Positions 26,886 to 39,907 of a DNA stretch of 64,000 bases are shown in pieces (within the stretch, counting starts at the first letter, position 1; the number at the start of each line of letters is the position of its first letter). The stretch spans positions 7,502,001 through 7,566,000 of the forward strand of contig NC_092672.1 of NCBI RefSeq assembly GCF_964355755.1. The letters run 5' to 3'. The position numbers were made by a program, and so were the translations under genes. The DNA comes from Antedon mediterranea (lineage: Eukaryota > Animalia > Echinodermata). A model generated the notes under the pieces. The model ran no database searches. It saw only the letters and a list, made by a program, of their open reading frames with translations, and had not been told where the DNA came from.

Positions 26886-28459
26886 AGGGGGGTTCCGGGT
26901 TTAAAATGAATAGTAAAAAATGTAAAATATATTTGTTTGTCTCTTGAACGGTAAAAGTTTCAATTTATATAAGCGCCCAGTGAAGCAGAACGAAGGCTGT
27001 GAAATCAGGCCAGATTACAAGTGCAGCTGTACGGCAAAATCACACTGTGGTTACAAAATAGGAAATTCGTGAAATGGTCCATCTTCCGACGACTCGTTAT
27101 CATAAACCATATCAATTACTTTTGTAAAATTATACTTATCTGATGTAATTTTAGTCAGTCTTCCCATTTATAAAGTCAATTTTTTATGAAAATTCATCAA
27201 AACAGTAAAAAATTAGATATGTTTGCACTTTACGTTTGCCGATTTTCGCACCGACTTAGGGAAAAATCAAAATCAATGAAGCGTAACGTATACTGTACAT
27301 TCCTGCTGAGGATCGAGCGAGACGACGATACACATGCTCTCTCTGCTGCCCATGCCTGGCATCGTCACGTGATAAGCAGATACAACAATACCAAACTGGT
27401 CGGGTCGAGTATACCCCGTCTATAATCACAACATGAACGATGTACAGTATTTGATTGAAGGTCGACTTGACCTACCGGAATGGTATAGATAATATAGCTC
27501 GAATGAGAGAGTTGGAATATTTGTGTAGTGCAGCCTATTAAAAGGCCTGGTAGTATCAATTCGCATAGGGTCTACTACACTAGCTAGCTCAATTTTTAAC
27601 TGGGCCGGATCGGCTAGGTCTCCTTCCTACTACCTGGTCTACTTGCTTGATGCATGAGTATCCGCTTTTTTGGAGAGTAAACTAAGCCTATTTTATTTTA
27701 GGCCTACTTAGACGATCGGGACACCATACGTGTGGACGGCGATCGGACCTTGTTTTGCTTCAATATTTACAGCCGATTTTGTAGAACGTTTTAGGTTTAG
27801 ATTGTTTAGGAGTTTGGTTGATAGGATGGGTTTTGTTATTTATGGGCCAATCGTCTAGTAGTAGGCTAGCTAGGCCCATGGGCCCCATTGTTTTAACGTA
27901 GCCATCGTGGCATGGAATCCCTAGTCAGAATGGCTCTCGCCCATATTATTATTAGGCTAGGCCTAGAGTAGTATTGTACGTGAAGCCGATAATACGATCT
28001 GTACTATAGAGGTATAAAAATAGTATAATTTATGACTCCGTATCTGTACTAAATTTTGTATTTCATTAAATGTCAAATAAATATATGCTACTACTGTTAT
28101 TATTACACTTTAGGCCTAGCTTAGAAAATCTACAAAAAATGTATTTCACAATGATCGGGTGGTCGTCGTTTGACAGGGGAGAGAGATGTAAATTAGTTGA
28201 CAAACACAACGTACATGACGTCGCGAGTTTGGAATCCACTGGTGACGTGATTTTGTGAATATCTCATGAATATTAATGAGCTTCCCTAAGCTGCTGAAAA
28301 ACAGACTTTCCATGAATTTACCCTAAAATGTATATGAAATTTAATTTTTTTAATTTCTCGTTATTACTTCTTCATTCTGACATGTCTATATTGTTATAAT
28401 ATTTTTTATTTTAATAAATAAACGATATTTAAAAGCAATTTTAAACCCAGAATCCCCCT
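26886..28459. mobile_element. Kolobok-like non-autonomous transposon (~1.57 kb)
   Basis: TTAA|AGGGGGGTTCCGGGTTTAAAAT ... ATTTTAAACCCAGAATCCCCCT|TTAA; TTAA TSD with RR termini (not the CCC of piggyBac). Confidence 0.82.
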
Positions 28460-29690
28460 TTAAATATAATTTGTGATCTTAAAATAGATCTAAAAAAACG
28501 TAGGGAAGGGGTCTTTAATTCTTCAAATATTATTATGTTTTTTTAAATCATAGTTTACATTTATTGTGTATATATCTGGTTGTTATTTGCTGTATGCCTC
28601 AGTAAACTATTACATTCTTTAAAATACTATAGAAAATGTCAAAACTATTCTTTTCAATGAAGTGAACTATATAATAGTTTTCTGGCAATAATGATATATT
28701 GATCTTTGTAAAGCCTTTGTAAAATCCTGGCAACCTTTAACATCTAATCTTCCCACTCGACTTTAAAATACTTACCTCTTAATCACACAAATTGTAACTT
28801 TCTCTTTGTGAAAAATACTTTTTTTATAGATTTAATGATGTGGATTAGATTGTATTTACTTGTTGAATACCTGTTGAATGCTTGTTGAGATCCATTTATG
28901 ATTGTAAAGTTAGGAATATTATTATTTCTCACCTTTTATGTGTGGACCAGTGATGCAATTGAAGGCCAGAGGGCTTGGGAAGAATTATGTTTCAATGTAT
29001 GAATTCTTGTGAACAAAGCTTGAATTGAGTTTTGAGTTAGTAGATGTAAACAATTCAAGCATAGAAACACTCAAGAATGACTTTCAGCTGAATATACAAT
29101 GCATTATTTACAACTTGTCATATACCTTTATTAATATCTCAATATAAAAAAAAAACAAGTGAACTGGGAAAATTGATATTTCTATCTTTTTTGGAATTCA
29201 ATAAACATGTCCAGGATTGAAACAAAGACTTAGTCTTATAAAATTTATTTTAAACCATTTTTGTTTGTTTTGTTAATATGCATGGGACTGTAACACTAAC
29301 TATATGAATGCTGTATTCATAAGAACAAGGCTGAGTTCATAGATTGTCTATTTATAATGATTTATGTGTGCCTATAAAACCTCAACCAAAAATACTGACT
29401 AGACAATGTCAGCTTCATGTACACTAGGATCATGCTAAATTTCTCAGTTTACAATTGGGAACCTATTTGGCAAACAACTTGTCTGCCTTATAGTAGAACA
29501 AATTGCATTTTTTCTTGAAAACTGAGTAAACCTTGCTAGGGGTTCATATAGTAGGTTCGTTGCAGCTTAGGTGAACCATCACATGTTAAAAGTAGAGAGT
29601 AAATAAATACATTAAAATATGTACAGTACTGTATAATGAATGGTCTATGACCTTTACTAAAGCTCTGTCTACACTATCTAACTAGTCTAA

Positions 29691-30380
29691 GGGCCTGTTC
29701 GTAGGGGTTGAAAATACCAGCTTATTCCCGATTTCCGTTCGCGTGATCCAATTAACTTTTGCCTCAGGCTACAAAAAATTCGAGGCAAAATGTTCACCAA
29801 ATTTGTAGGTTATTTCAGCGATAATCCAATTATACTCGGCCTTCGAGGATAAATAAATCAAATTTTGACAAACGTTCGCTGCCTAGGCCCGTCATTTCTC
29901 CTACGAAGCTCTTCCATACACGCTTCGAGAGCGATCGTCAGCTGGTGCTGTCCTTGTTGGTGTAGACCGCTTAGGAATACACCCCGCTTAGTAGGCCTAG
30001 CTGGTCGGTGGTGTTTCCGTCGTGTAACATTGGGCTCAAATTCTTCGTCAATGAGTAAAATGATGGTCGTCAGGAGAAGGTATATTTCGGCAGGATTATC
30101 GGCGTTAAGGTTTGTCGCAAGGATAAGCAGTGTAAAAGGTAGCAAGTAATTGTTATTATAAAGAAAGATTGTGAGTAAAAAATATACAACACGAAACTAG
30201 CGTGCGAAAATGGGGTCGTAGGTTGTAAAGACAACTGACCTTAAAACGTAATTTCCGGTTTGTGATTCGTCGATTAAGCATTTAAGCGGTTAAATATTTC
30301 AAGTACGAACAACGCTCAATTTATAACCCAAGGCATGGGTGAATTTAAGCGCTTATTTTAACCACCTTAGGAACACGACC
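29691..30380. mobile_element. PIF/Harbinger-like MITE (690 bp)
   Basis: TAA|GGGCCTGTTCGTAGGGGTTGAAAATA ... TATTTTAACCACCTTAGGAACACGACC|TAA; imperfect TIR with TAA TSD. Confidence 0.78.
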
Positions 30381-33292
30381 TAACAATCTTCTACTACTTC
30401 TATTTATTATTTTATAGGCACACTAGAGCATCCTCATCCCTAATTTAGCTATGTTGAAATAGTTTGCCTGTTGACCTTTTGATTGAACTCTTAAATACTG
30501 CCAATGAAAACATTCTGATTTGACTTTGTTGTTTTACAATACAAACACAGGCCCTGGTCATGCATTTCATTAGTACTCAAATTATTCAGCATTTAAATAA
30601 ATCTTAAAATTTCAGAATGTTTGTATATAAAAATATGCAGAAGATATACTGTATGTAAACAGCATGTCTCTGTTTCATGAGCATGTTTCTGTTGCAAAAA
30701 AATAAATTAATAATTTACCCCCTCCCACCCCTCCTCCTTAGCAGCAGAATTGTATATCTATTATATATCTACCATTGAACTGTCTCATCATTTTATTTTT
30801 ATCCTTTTCTTTACATTTATATTTTAGTGTTAATTTATTCATATGTGTCTTTAATTTTTCTATTTAAATGAAGCATTTATCATTGATATTGGTAAACAAT
30901 AAGGATTGGTGGAATGTGTTTATACTGTATTAATGTAGGCCAAGTGATGCTTTGATTTGATGACTACATCATGGGGTGTAAAACCTACTTATGTAAACAT
31001 AGAATATTATGTACCAAATGAAAAGTGTAGGTTAACATGCTTAACAAATTGACCAGTTAATGCTTGACCTCTTGCTACTTTGTGTATAGTATTTCAGCAA
31101 TGTCCAGTGTTTAGTCAATAATACTATCAATAGATTAGGATAGAGTATGACTTCATTGCATTAGCACACTGACCACTGTGACCACCCACGCCTACTGTTG
31201 CATAGTTGAAGAGTGTTGTAAAATTAAATTGATGCAGACTAATTATATCCAACTGTGACATAGCTTGTTATATTATAGGAAATATGATGTAATAATGCTG
31301 TTCTCGTTGGCAGGTACTGCATATCTTGGTGTTTTATATTCAAGGATGTTTAAACAGTTTTTAATTGAAGATTCTTATCATCATACCATTCTAATTATTA
31401 GTTTGTGAAAATGATACTCCAGTCCTTTAAAGAGGAGTACTAACTGGCACTTATCCTTGGTACTTGTGGTGCATTGATCCCTTTGCAGCTTAATAAGCTA
31501 TGCTGGCATTGGGTACACTACCAGGTGCAATCCCCAGAATGGTCCAAGCCAAAATGTGCAAAAAACATCTTGACTATGATAATATTATTGATTTCGATCT
31601 ATGATTATGAACACTGAAATAGGGGTTGATTAAAACGAAGTAAGCTTTTATTGTTAATAATTTTATATCTTGTAAATTAATTAAATTAATATATTTGCCT
31701 TATTTTATCATTTTTGTTCAGTGTTTCCCGACCAGAATGTGTGTAAAATCTTTCTCTACTAAACTTAGTAGTGCCAAATGAAATGTGTAAAACTGTAGTA
31801 ATTTAGTTTTTAACAATACATACACACACATACGACCCAAACCATAGCTCCCCTCCCCCAACTATCCCTACTTCCCTTCCCATTTACCCCTTTATTGTAA
31901 ACTTTAGTGATTTCCCAAGCTAGGAGAATAGTATTATTTTAATAACAGATGTCTGTAAATCTATCAAATACCGCCAATTAAAAGGTGTAAAACTATGTAC
32001 AGTAATTGAATTACCAACTATTTTCCACAATTATAAGATACACATCCTATTTACCCTTGTTGTTCATTGTAAACTTCATTGATTCCTGATAATATTAGAA
32101 TCAGATATGATTTCAAGTTTTATTTACTTTGCTTAGTTCACTGAAAAGATTCAATCAACATGCCATATTGGTGACAATAGTAGAACAATATCTTTCCCTC
32201 CCATTAGACAAGAAAACCTCCTTCTTCTATGTACACTACCAATTGTCCAATTGTTTAACAAGCTACCGATTCATATGTTTTGCTGGTATTCTGATGAATT
32301 TAATCAGTTTGAAACTGAGCCTGAATGATATGTTTGTGTCTATATCGTGCCTAGCTTAATGAGAGTAATAGAATATTTATATATGATGTTTATGTATCCT
32401 GAATACAAGTGAAAAAATTAATAATATTCATATTTATATTTGAAGAACAACCACTTAAATGATTAAAGGGTCACTGGCATGAAACGTTTAGCTTGGACAA
32501 TTAAGTATTTACTATATTTTAAACTTTGGCTGAAGTATGTACTTAAATTTGCAGAGAGTCGAAAATGTAATTCTGCCCAACCAAAACATAACAAATTATC
32601 AAGTTTTGCCATTTAATTTAAACAAGAAAATCATGGGTAATGGAAAAAAAAATCTGTACTATAGATGGCAGCAAATAGATATTTAATACTTTTCACAACA
32701 TATTTGTTGTTTCGATATTAATGAAAATTAATCCTAGTGAGCCCTCTATTTATAAAATGGCCAAACCTGTTCTTTTTTTCCACAAATCTGGAATTTACTT
32801 TTTGAGTACCACACAAAACAAATCTATATACTATTTTTTTTTTTGACGGAGTGACGCAGTGGTGACATAAAAAAAAGGAAATATAAAGTATGGTATTTCT
32901 TCTATTTCCCCTATTTACAAAATTCCTATAAAATTAAATGTTTAAAAAGTTTCCATTCCACATAAACACTTCTATTTTGTCATTTGTCGACCGTAAATAA
33001 TCTTCTACTTTTATGTTTCGGCTTATAAAATGTCAGTCGTATATTTGATATTATACTATTAGTACCATGAACAGTTTTCAAATGGTTAATTCATTTTTTT
33101 CTTTATTGTGGTAAATTAAATTCCTCGGCAAAGAAAAAAACGGAAATCTGTATTTATTAGTGCTATTCAGTTATTTTATTATTGTGGTAGGATTAAATAA
33201 GGAATCAGTTGAGTGATTTTGTATTTACTTGAAAAGATTGATTGTACAATACAATTGACATTACAATAAAATTATTGTCAGGTTAAGGATAA

Positions 33293-33398
33293 TAATAGAA
33301 TGTCGCCCTCTATAACAGATGGTAGTCTTAATAGAATGTCGCCCTCTATAACAGATGGTAGTCTTAATAGAATGTCGCCCTCTATAACAGATGGTAGT
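33293..33398. repeat. 36-bp unit x3 tandem repeat
   Basis: aatagaatgtcgccctctataacagatggtagtctt repeated three times; accounts for ORFs 33261-33476 and 33300-33488. Confidence 0.88.
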
Positions 33399-35083
33399 CT
33401 CTACTGTACTTCGGCAGCCATCAAAATGTTTGGTTTTCAGAATAGAAAACTTTGCACAAAAAAAGTCCTTGTTCACAAAGTAACTTGAAACACAAATTAA
33501 TACTAAGATTTATTTAAAAGATTAGATTATCTCCGACGTAATCCATTTGTGGTAAATCAGATGATAACTGAGGACTGCGAAGGCAAATTTAGAGGGTGTA
33601 CTTCAGGCTCCCCCTCTCCCTATATTTCACTCACGTTGAAAGAACACAAACAAGGCCTAATGTGTTGTCCCTCTTAATTCAGAATGTTGGATTCACCCAT
33701 GGACTGTGGCGTTGCATCGTGTACTACCTCTAGTTAGAAATATCTGCTTGATGATGATATATTTAAATACTTGGGAAGATTTTAGAATATTGACAATTTT
33801 TTCATACAAAAGCCATACTTAGAAATATAAATAAAGGAAATAAAAACGAGCATAACCACATAGGCCTTATACATACTACTTTTTTTTCCTTTTTCCATAT
33901 GACAAAGTTTGTTTATCTGCATGAAAGGGTCTAGACTGGAATTATGCTTGCAACAAATACAGTATGGGAAAGTAGTTATTGATTCTGCTTTACATGTGTG
34001 AAAATTGTAATCATATATATTTATATTTGTTTCATAACAAATTATTCAATCATGCACATTAGCCAGGAATCAAAGGATTTTACTTTTGTTACATATCTAG
34101 GTCTCTATTCTATTGTCAATCATTAGGCTATGTTAATACCTGCTCTTTTAGGAGTTTTACTGTCAATTTTGCGGTTTAGTCTGTTCTGTCTTCAATCGGA
34201 AAAATACACCTTTTAACATCTCCATTTGGTACTATATCATTTAATGTAAGTTAAAATGGATGGGAACTCTTGTATGAAACCTGATTTATACACCTAGGCT
34301 CACCTTTCTCTAGTTATATCGGAGGTACATCAGAGTTATTATATTACACTATTACATGGGTCCAAAGATGTAGCCAATCTGTGCACCACATCTCCACTAA
34401 CGCACTCTGACTTGTGCGTTATTTGTGTAGTGACACTGCGGTGTAAAGAGAGTCATTTGATTGCATCGGCCAGCACATTGGTTGTAATATAAAGAAAATA
34501 ATTTGTAAATTTGGATACAGTCCAGCTTAACTCTGTTTCATGCACACTTCTAGTCCATGTGAACAAAGCTTTAATATTTTATGTACAGACAATTTATTAT
34601 ATTTAACTCTTTGTTTGTATTGCTAAATAATGTCCTTGGTTTAGGCATGCTTGGCATTTTTCTATTAATTCTTTTAGTATTGATTTATTGCTATTCAACT
34701 TCTATTCAGCCACTGGTGTGTGATTTGTTTTATTCTATTCCAAACTGTTCATTAGCAATGCACTTGTGAATTGTAAATAATGGATAAACACATTTCATAC
34801 AAGTAGGGTGTGAATAAAGCGTAAATTTGTGTGGCCATCAGTAACTCAACCATACTATATTTGCTTTACCTATTGAAATATTTATAACATATCATGCTAA
34901 AAATTATTGTTGAATAACTTTTTACAATTAATTATAGAGTAGCAATTTCATTTTATTGCTTTATATTAAATATGCATATGAAATAACCATTTTTCAATAA
35001 TACCTATAAAAATAAAATGATGATAGTAAACTAGTCGAGTATACAGTATATATTGTTTTACCTAAATAGCTTTATTGTTAATA

Positions 35084-37149
35084 CTAGATGGTACGCTCGC
35101 GTCGCTCGCGTACCATCTAGGTCGTGTCCACAGATGGTTCTCGAATACACAGTAATTTCAGCGTAAAAAAAATGCCCGATTTCAAATGTACGTACCGCAG
35201 GACTATAGTACATTGTCGTTTACAGAAACGAATAAATAGACACGATGATTTATGTAAAATTATCACCCTGGGAATTAGGCCTTGTTTTAAAAAAATTAGT
35301 CCAAATTTTTTATTTTAACTCATTTAAACAAACCCAATTTTTGTTTTGTCTATAACATTAGAGTTGAGGGATGGGGAAGAGGATGTGAAGAACAATTTTA
35401 AAATATATTCTCTATCCACTTAGTAACGAAATATTGTTTTAAATGTTGTATAGGCCTATTAATAATATACCACTAAACACAGTAAAACATTTACGATTTA
35501 TAATACTTTTTTAAAACTGTCCCTGTTATAGTCGATTGAAATAGTAAAGTCCATGTAACGATACACCACTACGACGTTTTTATTTTTTATAATTATTAAT
35601 TAATACAAACGTTGAGAAGCAACTGTCAGTAATCTACCCACAGTCACAGTAATAAATGTTCTTTGTATATTTTGTTTATATATCCAACAGTAACCACATT
35701 CACAGTAAGACAATTTCTATTCAAATGGCGACCAAAAATGGTTAATACATACAGTATTTACTATAATATTATTGTCAAAGGGCCTGTTTCTATTGAAAAA
35801 TAAAAAAATAACGGTTTTTTGGAAACCGGTTTTGGCTGTTGTTTATAAATAAAGATCGCGTTGCAGCTCAATTTTTACTCCAATAAAACCGGTTCCGTCC
35901 ATGTGCGTTCGTTATGAATGACGTCATTATATACGCCACAATGCAGTTTGTTTGGCGGAAGCGCGATTGGATCGATCGAGGTCATGTTTACTTTTTTTCG
36001 CATAGCGCGATCCCCAAGAAATAGCATCCATTTCATCATAGAAGGGGGAATTATTACCTGAAACGTTATTGTGGTCCTTGGTTAAAGTATAGGTACGTCG
36101 CACCCTCTGATATTGTCAAGTTGAACTCGTCTTGCTTTCACACGCTTTACAATATTCTTAAAAACATGTAGGCCTAGGCCTACGTGAGTCTTTCTTCCGA
36201 CTCCCGACAAGTCCCCTCATCTTCTTCCCTTCACATATTTTTTACAAACCTCGTAATGGCATCGGTCAACATTTTTTAGTTAAATAAAATACTCACTATC
36301 TAGAGAAATAAAAATGACTTGGCCTAGGTCCTATCGCGCGGGTTTGACTGCGAGTTGACCGCAATCGTCCCAGTGCAGCAGACTGCAAAGTTCAGTTTTT
36401 GGGGTCAAATTGAGACCGTGATTGTGTTGCAGCTAAAAATTGCTCCACGGAAACCGGTTTCAGAACGGTTCTTTGCGATCGAGACCGCAATCAATTGGGG
36501 TTTTTTAAACCGTTTTTAAGATCGATTCTTTTTTGTGGTTTTTTGTGGGGACCCATTTCTGCTGGCAAGAAAAAACTGTTCTTGAAAAGAACGGTATTTA
36601 AAACCGTATTCTCTGCTCTATAGAAACAGGCCCAAAGTATTGCAATACTATATATAAGTTTTATTCTCCAAGGCCCATAAATTTATCAACTTGTATTAAA
36701 CCAAGGGCTTGTAAATTTACCTACAAACTGGGAGATTGGAATGTTCCATTCATCACAAATCAATACATTTGCATAAACGTATATTAAGTCTATCAAAATA
36801 GTATTTTTTAAAGAAAATCGGCCTGTCTTCAACATTATGATACTGTACTCGAGCTGTTCAACCGGTTTTCAGCTATTAACAACAAGTATCCTCGTATTAT
36901 TGTGTGCAGGTATTTTTTCATAAGCACATCCATTAGACAGTGTATACCACGATCGGAAATCGTTGAACCTAAATTCGTTTTAATTGTCAATAACTAATTA
37001 TCTAACTCAATTTAATTAGTGAACAGGGTTACATCAGGTGGTTAAAATCAGTACCCAGATTCTAACCAACTTTATATACCATCGAGTAAACATTCTAGAA
37101 ATAACACGCGATTTACCGAATTTTGCCCTTACGTAAATTTATATATAGA
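35084..37149 (-). mobile_element. Non-autonomous Helitron-like element (~2.07 kb including a nested MITE)
   Basis: Minus strand reads A|TCTATATAT... at the 5' end and ...CTAG|T at the 3' end (A|T target, no TSD), with a GC-rich terminal hairpin CTAGATGGTACGC-N11-GCGTACCATCTAG (35084-35120). Confidence 0.75.
35780..36633. mobile_element. PIF/Harbinger-like MITE (854 bp) nested in the Helitron; relative of the 16007-17617 element
   Basis: AAA|GGGCCTGTTTCTAT ... ATAGAAACAGGCCC|AAA; shares gttgcagctaa..aattgctc and AACCGGTT motifs with the 16007 element. Confidence 0.82.
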
Positions 37150-37184
37150 TACTTTCTATTTCTATGATATGTGAGAAATGAATC

Positions 37185-37990
37185 AAATTCCTGCAAAGGT
37201 CTTTGTTTGCAGTGTAAAATGCATGAAAATAGTAGTTTTTTAGGAATCCAAGGTATCAGTGCATAAGAGTACCTGCAGAGGTCTTTATGCAGAAGTCAAA
37301 TGTGTCCAAGCATCAGAAGTCCCTGCAAAGGTTTGCATGCAGGAATCTATGTCAGTGCATTAAGAGTCACTGCAGAGATATGTATGCAGAAGTCAGTGTC
37401 AGGGCATCAAGCGCTGCTGCTAAGGTCTGCATGCAAGAGTCAGTGTCAATTCACCAGGAGTCTCTGCAGAGGTCTGCATGCAGTGAGTAAGTTGTTCTAG
37501 TGCATCTATGTAGAGGTATGTTATCTATCAGTTCATCAGGAGTTCCTGATGAGGCCTGCATTTTAATGAGTAAACTGTGTCTGTGCATCAAGAATCCCTA
37601 AGGTCTACATGCAATGTGCCAGTGCATCTGTGTAGATGTCTGTTTCCTATGTCAGTTCACCAGGAGTCCCTTTGGAGGTCTGTCTGCAGTCAGTAAAGGT
37701 GCCAGTACATGCAATCATGTAGAGGTCTGCTTGCAGGAGTCAAATATGTAAGTTCATCAAGAGTCAGTATTATGCGTCAGGAGTTCCTGTAGAGGTCTGC
37801 ATGCAGGAATAAATGTCAGTGTATCGAAGTCCCTGCAGAGGTAATGTATGTATGCAGGAGTCGGCGTCAGTGCATCAAGTGTTGCTGCTGAGGTCTGCAT
37901 GCAGGAGTCATTGGCCAGTGCATCAGCAATCAGCATGTACAGTAGTCAAATGTGTTGTAGAATCCCTGTAGATTGCTTTCAAATGATTTG
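37185..37990. repeat. Degenerate minisatellite, ~40-45-bp unit
   Basis: Recurrent gtcagtgcatcaggagtccctgcagaggtctgcatgcaggagt-like units. Confidence 0.75.
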
Positions 37991-39804
37991 TCTGCATGCA
38001 TAAATGTCACAGTATGTTCTTTTATCATTTCTATAGTGCCTATAATCACCAGTCTTTTGATTATGTCAGCTAAACTCACCTTTTTTTAGTGTTCAAGGTT
38101 AATTGTAAAAGAGATTGCTACAATTAAATTAAATGTGTATCTACTTATTACTGTTCTTCCATTCACTTTTATAAGGGACTTTAAAATCAAATACATCCAT
38201 TGGCGCCATGTCTGATTTACCTGACTGGAAACTGTAATTTGTTACTTTTGTTAATTTTTTGTCAGAATATAGTTATTATCTATTGTTAATATGTGTGCAT
38301 GGAAGAGAACATTTGAAGTAGGGAAGCGCCTAATAAAAATTGTGATCTATATTATTAAGAGTTATATTATTATTATTAATTAATTATTATTATTTAAAGT
38401 TATATTATTGATAATTTATTATTAAACATTTTTTTCAAGTTTAAGTTATGGTAAAATAGAGGTTTTTATGTTTTTGTAGAAACTTATCTTTAATGCTGCC
38501 ATTGAATGTTCAATTTATTCAAGATACCATAATTCTAAAATATCCTTGTATTGTTTTAAAGATGAAAAACTTTTCTTAACTCTTCTTGTATCTTGTATTT
38601 TTATTTTGAAATGACTTAACTTTTTCAAAAACGATGTCTGTGAATGATTTTTGGTTTGCCTAAAGTTATTCTAAAGCTTCAGTTCTAATGAATAAATCAA
38701 AATAATACGTATATTGTTCTCACCAAACCCAACCAAGGTTCAGCATTGTTGTACAATAATAATTCTGTACCCAGTGACAAATAAGAATTGTTCTTTTATC
38801 AATTTAAATTCAATCCAGTTGAATAGGTTGCATCTGTGCTCAAAAGTTGTTACATTGAGCTTTATAATAAATTAATTTATGGAATAGATACATTGAGATA
38901 ATTTTTGAAAGAAAGATTTGCAAACAAATGAATGAATGAGTGAACAAGTACAACAAATAAATTTATAAGTTGGATATCCAATATCTAGGATGATGATTAG
39001 TTTAATAGTTGAATTTGTGCATGAGAAAGTTCAATCATAGAACTGTAATATGATTGATCTCTTGTGGGTGATAAATAGACTACTAAAATAAAAATTGGTT
39101 ACAGGATGGATGGAGAAGTACCTTGGACCGATTTACTAAACCCACTTCTGGGTGAAATAATTGACAAATGCTTTAACAATTTTACTTCTTGTTGATTTGG
39201 CATAGAGAAAGCCTATGATAGACAGCCACCAACCCATTAGGTTATCAAAATATTGCATTTCACACTTCATTGATAACCCTGCATATATAAAGTTCACCCC
39301 TTATTAGAATGAAATGGTCCTAAGTAACATGTGCATTTATGTGTGTCCGATTCAAGTTGATTTGCACTTGTATTCTTTTCATATAGTTGATAGCTTTACA
39401 GTTTTGTCCTGAGTTCACACTACAGGATATCATTGCTTTAGTAACTTTCTATTACATTCTGACTGAGTATACATTGTGTTTGGATTCATACTGTTCTATT
39501 TCCTAAGTTTTTACTGGATTATACATTGGAATATTTATATATACTGTATATTTACACATAACTATACACTATTTTTGTATCTATCTATCTGTGGAATTAT
39601 AACATAAAGGATTTATTATACAGTTGTTTGAAGATTGGAATTAGAAATTTATGCACAAGATGTCCCATACCATCACGTATGTGCGTGTTCCGTTCACGCA
39701 ATTTGTACATACGTGAAGACCAACGGTTCTATTGTTTACTGATAGTGGATGCATATTTTCATTTCTTATCTCTAAAGCATTGTTGATTTTACACTGTTGA
39801 CAGC

Positions 39805-39907
39805 ATGAATGTCAAATACAAGTTGAATGGGAGGAGTTTGTTTACTCTTGTTGTGCTTCTTTTCTCAACATGTTGCCTCGTTTTTTCCATTATAGTATTG
39901 ATGAGAT
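39805..39907 (+). CDS. AGRN: Candidate alternative first coding exon of agrin: type II transmembrane anchor (TM/SN-agrin-like)
   Basis: agcATG at 39805 (A at -3; in-frame TGA upstream at 39784) gives MNVKYKLNGRS-LFTLVVLLFSTCCLVFSIIVLM-R, then T|GTAAGT, a perfect phase-1 donor that joins the 42417 micro-exon in frame. Too short for the ORF track. Confidence 0.72.

Noticed and set aside
37185-37990. Cys/Ser/Gln-rich ORFs (37287-37490, 37300-37500) as a repeat protein exon
   Set aside because: Products of a degenerate minisatellite; frames are interrupted by stops and there are no convincing splice sites.
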